Below, piece after piece: positions 58,025 through 64,000 of a stretch of DNA of 64,000 nt (position 1 is the stretch's first letter; each line of letters begins with the position of its first letter). The translations under genes were made by a program, and so were the position numbers. The stretch comes from Trueperaceae bacterium (GTDB lineage Bacteria; Deinococcota; Deinococci; Deinococcales; Trueperaceae), in the NCBI GenBank assembly GCA_965214405.1, contig OZ243956.1:3936001-4000000 (forward strand), given 5' to 3'. A model generated the notes under the pieces. The model made no database searches and was not told the DNA's origin. It saw nothing but the letters and a program-made list of their open reading frames with translations.

Positions 58025-59609
58025 CTTCTTGCTCACCTATTGGCTCCACAGCGCCGTCATCCTCTCCGTCACGCTGCTGCTTGTGAGGCTGCCGGGGCTG
58101 CGCCGCGCGGGATCGCGCGACGGGCTGCTGCGCGGGGCGCTTCTCATGAGCCTCCTCACGCCTCTTCTCACGCCCTTAGTCACAAGGGTGATGCCGGTAT
58201 CGTTACCCATCGTGGTAAGTCCAGCTCTCCTGACCCCGGCCCGACCGGCAGCCACGGCACTTGTTGAGGGGGGCTCGAGCCGCGCACAAGACGCGGTAGC
58301 CCAAGAGAAGCCAGTTAGTCAAACTCTACCCGAATCCACACCGTTCTCTTTGCCGACGTCTCTACCGCCCCTTTTTCCAACGCTCTTGCTTCTTGGCGTC
58401 CTGACCGCCGCCGCTCGTCTAGGCCGAGCCTGGTGGGTGTTGCGGCGGCTATTGAAAAGGGGTAGACCCGCGCCCGGTTTTGCTGCTGCGTACAGGGCGT
58501 ACGGCTCGAGCCTCCCTCACCCGTTCGGCCCCCTCAACGTCGTCCTGACCGATGTGGCTGTACCCGTCGCCTGCGGGCGGCGCACCGTCCTCGTGCCACA
58601 CACGCTCTCGGCGCGGTTGACGCCCGCTCAGGTGCGCGCGGTTCTGGCGCACGAAACCGCGCACCTGCGGCGCGCCGACCCCCTGTGGACGGCGGCGCTG
58701 TCGGGGTTCTGCCAGGTGCTCTTTTTCCAGCCGCTCAACTTCTTGGTGTTGCGCCAGTGGCGGCGCGCCTGCGAAGAGGTGTGCGACGCCGAAGCGGTGC
58801 GGGCGACCCTCGAGCCCCTCAGTCTGGCGCGGAGTCTGCTCGAGCTTTCCCGCAGCCTTTCCCATCACACCCACGCGCCCCTCGAGCCCGTGACGAGTAG
58901 CGCGGCGGGCAGTCACCTAAGTACGCGCGTTAATGCTTTGCTTCATCCAAAGGAGACCCACATGAAACGCTCGCACCTGTTCGCCGTCGCTATGGCGCTC
59001 TTTTGCGCGACCGCCTTTTTGCCTACGCTGACTTTGGCGCAAGACACGCCGCGCTTTTTTCAAAAGGTTGCGGCTGATGCCAGCACATCTAAGTCGTTAG
59101 AGGAAATCAGAGGAAGCTTTATCTTTATAGAAGGCGGCCTTACAGCCGAGAGCATTACCTTAGATGGACTTCCCGCGACCGAACTCGTTCAGAAAGTTCC
59201 CTATGAGGTTCTGACGCCAAGTGATTGGCCCGGAGCGTATGTTCAACCGACTACCTTTGGGTATCTTCAGCCCCAAAATATGGTTATCGCTATTTACGAC
59301 GTGACTCAGCCCGAGGGCGAGAGCATCGAGTTCTGGTTTTCTCAACAGCCTGAGGAGACTGCGGGATTACCAAATATCGTAGGCGCGTCCGCGCAAATCG
59401 AAACCGTTAGCGTCGGTGAAACGACAGGTGAATGGGTTGAGGGAGGCTGGAGCGGGCCGGACTCGAGCCTCACCTGGGACAATGTTGGGGACTCAACTCT
59501 GATTTGGCAGCAAAACGGCTTCGTGTTTATGGTGCAGGCTTTCGACACGGTTGAGCTTGATACCTTGCTAAAAATTGCGAATAGTTTGAAGCCGCTCGAG
59601 CCCCGCTAG
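58017..59609 (+). CDS. M56 (BlaR1-like) metallopeptidase with extracytoplasmic C-terminal domain
   Basis: HETAH, FFQP, EEVCD; coupled to blaI-like gene. Confidence 0.9.
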   Translation: MNNFLLTYWLHSAVILSVTLLLVRLPGLRRAGSRDGLLRGALLMSLLTPLLTPLVTRVMPVSLPIVVSPALLTPARPAATALVEGGSSRAQDAVAQEKPVSQTLPESTPFSLPTSLPPLFPTLLLLGVLTAAARLGRAWWVLRRLLKRGRPAPGFAAAYRAYGSSLPHPFGPLNVVLTDVAVPVACGRRTVLVPHTLSARLTPAQVRAVLAHETAHLRRADPLWTAALSGFCQVLFFQPLNFLVLRQWRRACEEVCDAEAVRATLEPLSLARSLLELSRSLSHHTHAPLEPVTSSAAGSHLSTRVNALLHPKETHMKRSHLFAVAMALFCATAFLPTLTLAQDTPRFFQKVAADASTSKSLEEIRGSFIFIEGGLTAESITLDGLPATELVQKVPYEVLTPSDWPGAYVQPTTFGYLQPQNMVIAIYDVTQPEGESIEFWFSQQPEETAGLPNIVGASAQIETVSVGETTGEWVEGGWSGPDSSLTWDNVGDSTLIWQQNGFVFMVQAFDTVELDTLLKIANSLKPLEPR

Positions 59610-59665
59610 CCCCTCCCCTTAACAGAAGCGTTTTTCACATCAGACCTAACCCTCCGGAACTCCCG

Positions 59666-60847
59666 CTAGGTCTCCTCATCCAGAAAAAGCACGTCCCGAA
59701 TGAGGTCGCGGCTATCCGCGCGGCCTCCCAACGAGCCCGCCAGCGTCCCCAGCGCGGCCACGAAAAGGCTCAGCTTCACGTGGTCGAGCGTGCGCACGGC
59801 GGGGTCTACGGTGGGCCAGGTTTCCATCAGCTTGCGCGGGAAAATCGTGAGGATACCCAGGTAAGCGAGGCCTGCGAAGGCGGCAAAAAGCAAGAGCAGG
59901 GTCAGCAGCAAACTCAGGAGCGTGGCCGCCCCGGTGACCACGCTCGACTCGGCCAAGCGCCGCCCGCGGCGCAGGAGCGCGCCAAAGGCGAAGGCGCGGT
60001 AGAGAACAAAGGTCGCCACCGCCAGCGACGCGGCTGAAAAGAGCACGAGCTGATAGAGTTCGACGGTGCTCGCCACGTCCCACATTTCCGGGCTGAAAAA
60101 CACCACGATGATGACCGAGAGCGCGGCGGTGATCATCGTCGGCAAGCGCGCGAGCAGGCGCAGCGGGTTCGCCCGCACCACCGCGTGCGCGATGCTGCGC
60201 CAATCGCGGTGAAGCGTTCTCCACACGAAGCGCCAGCGGTTTCCATGACTCGTGCGTTCGTGCGCCTCGAGCGGCAGCGCGCGCCGCATCCTCTCATACT
60301 GCGCCTCGCTGAGGCCGTTCATCTCGTCCAAATCCTCCACGTTGCCAAAATCAAACATGATGTTTTCGGGGTCTTCGCTGTGCGGGAGGTTGAGGAGGTG
60401 CCCAAAGGTGTGGAGCAAGAGGTGAAAAAGCCGCGCCACCGCGACGCGTTCGTCCTCCTCTTCGCCCCAAAAGCTGGGCTCTAGGCGCTTCGTCGAGACG
60501 ACGCCGATGTTGGTGAGCTGGCTCGGCAAGGCGAGCGTGTAAGCGAGCGTGGTGGCGGCCAGATCGACCTCGGTCACGATGAGGAGAAAGTGGACGTCGC
60601 GCTCGAGCTTTTCCGTCATGCCGACCCGTAAAAAGTCGAGCGGCGCGTAGCCCCCGCCCGCCGGGGTGAGGTGCGGCCCGGCAAAAGAGAGCAGTTCCAC
60701 CCGCCCGCCCGTTTTGCCGGAAAGCGCCCCCTTCAACTTTTGCACCGCCGCGTCTACGCGCCGCCCGAAGCGTTCGGAAGACTTGCCCTCGACGTCCATT
60801 TTCATGACGCCGATGGTGTATTCGTGCGTGGGTGTGGGTTCAGGCAC
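59666..60847 (-). CDS. Membrane protein with zincin-like domain
   Basis: HTFGHLLNLPH..NIM; four C-terminal TM helices. Confidence 0.75.
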   Translation of the reverse strand: MPEPTPTHEYTIGVMKMDVEGKSSERFGRRVDAAVQKLKGALSGKTGGRVELLSFAGPHLTPAGGGYAPLDFLRVGMTEKLERDVHFLLIVTEVDLAATTLAYTLALPSQLTNIGVVSTKRLEPSFWGEEEDERVAVARLFHLLLHTFGHLLNLPHSEDPENIMFDFGNVEDLDEMNGLSEAQYERMRRALPLEAHERTSHGNRWRFVWRTLHRDWRSIAHAVVRANPLRLLARLPTMITAALSVIIVVFFSPEMWDVASTVELYQLVLFSAASLAVATFVLYRAFAFGALLRRGRRLAESSVVTGAATLLSLLLTLLLLFAAFAGLAYLGILTIFPRKLMETWPTVDPAVRTLDHVKLSLFVAALGTLAGSLGGRADSRDLIRDVLFLDEET

Positions 60848-61007
60848 GGGGGGTCACTGGGTCAAGTACGCGTTGCATAAAGTTTGTGGGCCTCTTTCAC
60901 GCTTACATGATACCGACAAGCAGGGGCTCGAGTTTTGGCTGAGGAGCGGCGGCATGTTTTTAGAATACCTTAAGGGTGATAGGCGCTGCCGAGTTTGTGC
61001 TATGTAA

Positions 61008-62290
61008 CAATACTTCGGACAGGTATTGAAAAGAAGGAAGCCATCACGCTAGTTTGAATGTGTGATGAAACAAACAGATGATGGCTTGCTAGAGATTATA
61101 GACGAAGCGCTGATAAAGATGCCAGGGGTAGGCAAATGGCAACGAGATTTTCTAAGACAGTTGTTCAGTACCGTGCTGTTGGTGTACGGCAAGCTCAACT
61201 TCAGCAACTTAGCCAGACATAGCGAACTGGATGAGAAAACGTACCGCAGAGGTTTTAGACGAGACTTTGACTTCGAGATGTTCAACCTGCATTGTCTAGG
61301 GCAACGTACTACGAGCGGCGAACTGGTGGCAGCACTAGACGCGAGCTACTTAGCTAAAAGCGGGAAACAGACGTTTGGGCTGGGTAAATTTTACAGTGGC
61401 TGTATAGGTAGGGCAGTAAAAGGCTTAGAGATTAGTGAACTGGCTTTGATTGACCGTGACAGCCGTCAGGCATTTGCTTTTTCAACGAGGCAGACTGTGG
61501 CTAAGGCGGGGAAAAGCCGCGTTGAGCAGTATGCCGAACACGTAGAAGCCTGTGCTGAAACCTTGCCTAAAGAGGTCAACTATCTGCTGGTAGACGGCTA
61601 TTACAGCAAGAAGGGGTTTGTTGACACAGTGTGTGCTCTAGGAAAGCTTGAGGTAGTGGGCAAACTACGCTGTGACGCCAACCTACGCTATCTCTACCGA
61701 GGAGCCTACTGTGGCAAAGGACGCCCTAAACGCTATGATGGCAAGGTTGATTTTGGAGACCTGAGCCGGTTTGTTTATGAGAGCGAAACTGAACCGCAGC
61801 TTCACATCTATACGCAAACCCTTTGGCATGTTGGTTTGAAACGTCTTCTTCGCGTTGTGCTACTGCTCGATACCAGCAAAGCCAAACCTCGTTACATCTT
61901 GCTCTTTTCGACAGACCTGAGTCTTACCGGCAAGGAGATACTAGACCTTTACAAGTTACGCTTCCAAATCGAATTCCTGTTTCGGGATGCTAAACAGTTT
62001 ACAGGTCTTTGTGACTGCCAAGCCAGAGATGCAAAAGCACTTGCCTTTCATTTCAACACCGCTTTATCGGCTGTTAATCTTGCCAAGTTAGACCTTCTAA
62101 ACCAGCAAGAGGGAGAGCAAGCTTTCGTCTTCTCTTTAAGCAGTTACATCCACCGTTCTTTCAGTCACCGACTGCTTTCTCGACTTTTTGCAAGCTTAGA
62201 CTTTGACCTCAGTTGCAATAAAGTTCAGTCCGCTTTTAACCATGCCCTTGCCTTCGGGCTAGCTTGTCCTTAAATCTGTCCGGAGTATTG
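61008..62290 (+). mobile_element. Insertion sequence (IS4/IS701-like DDE)
   Basis: IRs CAATACTTCGGACAG / CTGTCCGGAGTATTG; 6-bp TSD ATGTAA. Confidence 0.92.
61062..62273 (+). CDS. DDE transposase
   Basis: LDAS, VDGYY, YKLRFQIEFLFRDAKQFTGL. Confidence 0.93.
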   Translation: MMKQTDDGLLEIIDEALIKMPGVGKWQRDFLRQLFSTVLLVYGKLNFSNLARHSELDEKTYRRGFRRDFDFEMFNLHCLGQRTTSGELVAALDASYLAKSGKQTFGLGKFYSGCIGRAVKGLEISELALIDRDSRQAFAFSTRQTVAKAGKSRVEQYAEHVEACAETLPKEVNYLLVDGYYSKKGFVDTVCALGKLEVVGKLRCDANLRYLYRGAYCGKGRPKRYDGKVDFGDLSRFVYESETEPQLHIYTQTLWHVGLKRLLRVVLLLDTSKAKPRYILLFSTDLSLTGKEILDLYKLRFQIEFLFRDAKQFTGLCDCQARDAKALAFHFNTALSAVNLAKLDLLNQQEGEQAFVFSLSSYIHRSFSHRLLSRLFASLDFDLSCNKVQSAFNHALAFGLACP

Positions 62291-62318
62291 ATGTAAGTAA
62301 TTGTAAGATAAACGAACA

Positions 62319-62945
62319 GTGCTCGAGTTACTGCCACATTTCCCGCGCTTAGCTACCAAAGAGTTGGTAGCTCTTTACATCTCAAAAGAAAGTCAGCCAA
62401 ACAATAAAGTTCAGCTAAGAGTTGTTGTTGATGAATCGAACCTAAGCTTACGTGACTTTGCAGCATATCTCAATCTAGTTGATAGAACTTATGGTCGCTT
62501 GAGCCCAGAGGGAATATACAGCTACGCTCAAAGCCCCCAGCAACACGTTAAAATATCGAAGGTCACCCTTGGCTCGCTTGAAATCACCATCACAGAATTA
62601 GTGTCAAATTTTTCCGGTGCCCGTGCATTAGTTCTTATTGGATTGATGCTTAAATATCTCCCAGGTATTATAGAAAAAACTTCTACCGCATACAAAAACT
62701 ACGAGGAGGGAAGATTAACTCGAGTTCAAAGAAAACAGCTACGTTTTCAGATGCAAAAAGACGAGGTTGTAAGTCAGTTAAGTAATGAGAGACAAAATCA
62801 GCTAATAAAGCTGATCAACCAACTGTATAGTTTCGAGGAAGGCAACCTTACAAAAGCCCAACGCTTCGATTCTGAGAGCGTTCAAGATATTTATATTGAA
62901 GTGGCAGATAAACCTGCTGGTACTTCTAGTGATGAGGGACTTTGA
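62319..62945 (+). CDS. Hypothetical low-GC protein
   Basis: 208-aa ORF, AT-rich, next to IS. Confidence 0.7.
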   Translation: MLELLPHFPRLATKELVALYISKESQPNNKVQLRVVVDESNLSLRDFAAYLNLVDRTYGRLSPEGIYSYAQSPQQHVKISKVTLGSLEITITELVSNFSGARALVLIGLMLKYLPGIIEKTSTAYKNYEEGRLTRVQRKQLRFQMQKDEVVSQLSNERQNQLIKLINQLYSFEEGNLTKAQRFDSESVQDIYIEVADKPAGTSSDEGL

Positions 62946-62951
62946 GTCAAC

Positions 62952-63275
62952 CTACTCCAGACGGGCGCGTAGCCGCTTACGTAACTCCGCCTGGGGAAAC
63001 ACGCTCATCACCTTTTGATACGCCTCTTCGGACAGCGCTTCCTGAGTTTCTAAATATTCATCTACGTCAGCTTGATTAAGCAGGTAAAAACTCAAAACCG
63101 CGTGAATATCTGCAAGTTTGAGCGTCGGGTAGTCCAAAGCCACCTCTTCAGCCGTCGCGCCGTTGCGGTAAGCGTAGATGAGGAGGTCTATAGGTACCCG
63201 GCTCCCCGTCACCCGCAGAACGCCGTGCTCGTCCTCTTGTAGAGGCAGAGTGAGGGGCTCGAGCGCGATTGCCAT
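62952..63275 (-). CDS. DUF433 antitoxin-like protein
   Basis: RVTGSRVPI, GATAEEV..DYPTL.LADIHAVL.FY. Confidence 0.88.
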   Translation of the reverse strand: MAIALEPLTLPLQEDEHGVLRVTGSRVPIDLLIYAYRNGATAEEVALDYPTLKLADIHAVLSFYLLNQADVDEYLETQEALSEEAYQKVMSVFPQAELRKRLRARLE

Positions 63276-63338
63276 ACAAAAAATATAGCATGACCCGTAT
63301 GTCCTTGCTTCTGCTTTACTGCTGCGCCCCCTTCAAGC

Positions 63339-64000
63339 TCAACCAAACGCCGTCTGCACTGCCCCACCGTCCACCCGGTAATTCGCCCCGTCCACATACA
63401 TCGCCAAATCAGAGCACAAAAAGGCGATCACACTGGCAATCTCTTGAGGCTTGCCGCGCCGGTCAAAGTTGATGCCGGGGCGTTTCTCCTCCAAAAAGCT
63501 CTGAACGGCCTCGTCCACACTTGTATCCATTTTCTCCGCCCGCTGCTCCATCATCTTGTCGGTCATGGGCGTCTTAACGTACGCGGGCGACACGACGTTG
63601 ACGTGGACGCCGTCTTTGCCGTACGCCTTGGAGAGCCCCTTGGTGAGATTGACGACGCCCGCTTTGGCGGCGTTGTAGGGCGTTTCTTCCACATAAGGCT
63701 GCACCGCGTTTTCCGACGCGGTCAGGACGATGCGCCCGTAACCGCGCTCACGCATCCCCGGAATAAAAGCGCGGCAGACGCGCACCGCGCTCATCAGGTC
63801 GGTGTTGAGCGTGTCCAGCCAGCCCTCGTCGGTGAGCTCCAAAAAGTCCCCCGCCGCGCCCCGCGTGCCTGCAAGGTGCGCCAGCACGGCGGCTCCCCCG
63901 AGTTCGTCGGCTTTGCTAAGGAGTTTTTGTACGTCCTCTAAATTGGTTAGGTCGGCGACAACACTGTAAACCTCGGCACCCTTCTGTTTAACTTGATTTA
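63339..64000 (-). CDS. SDR oxidoreductase (start beyond window)
   Basis: YNAAK, VNVVSP, GANYRVDGG. Confidence 0.92.
   Translation of the reverse strand, partial: NQVKQKGAEVYSVVADLTNLEDVQKLLSKADELGGAAVLAHLAGTRGAAGDFLELTDEGWLDTLNTDLMSAVRVCRAFIPGMRERGYGRIVLTASENAVQPYVEETPYNAAKAGVVNLTKGLSKAYGKDGVHVNVVSPAYVKTPMTDKMMEQRAEKMDTSVDEAVQSFLEEKRPGINFDRRGKPQEIASVIAFLCSDLAMYVDGANYRVDGGAVQTAFG

Overview
GC-rich bacterial chromosomal segment, most likely Deinococcota (Trueperaceae-like). That assignment is inferred from mglAB, tandem lepB, futalosine-type MqnP, BrxC and many leaderless genes whose TANNNT -10 box sits 5-8 nt before the start codon. The backbone is housekeeping: gcvT-H-PA-PB, truD, rnhB, holB, glgP, pgl, malZ, gatB, a DEAD-box helicase, trkAH and four tRNAs. 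Three complete IS elements have identifiable IRs and target duplications. The most striking accessory locus (8.7-14.7 kb) is a large HEXXH zinc-metalloprotease lipoprotein, split by an IS3 but reconstructable in frame. It is followed by five tandem, loop-diversified paralogous ~170-aa lipoproteins, each with a related hairpin after it, and is a candidate protease/poly-immunity (inhibitor) array. A second islet (37.9-40.7 kb) pairs an intact DpnI-like methyl-directed nuclease with a catalytically truncated DpnA-like methyltransferase. The hexamer CTCGAG is strongly over-represented in native DNA and almost absent from the lipoprotein locus and the ISs. All calls come from reading the sequence and recalling family motifs; no searches were run.
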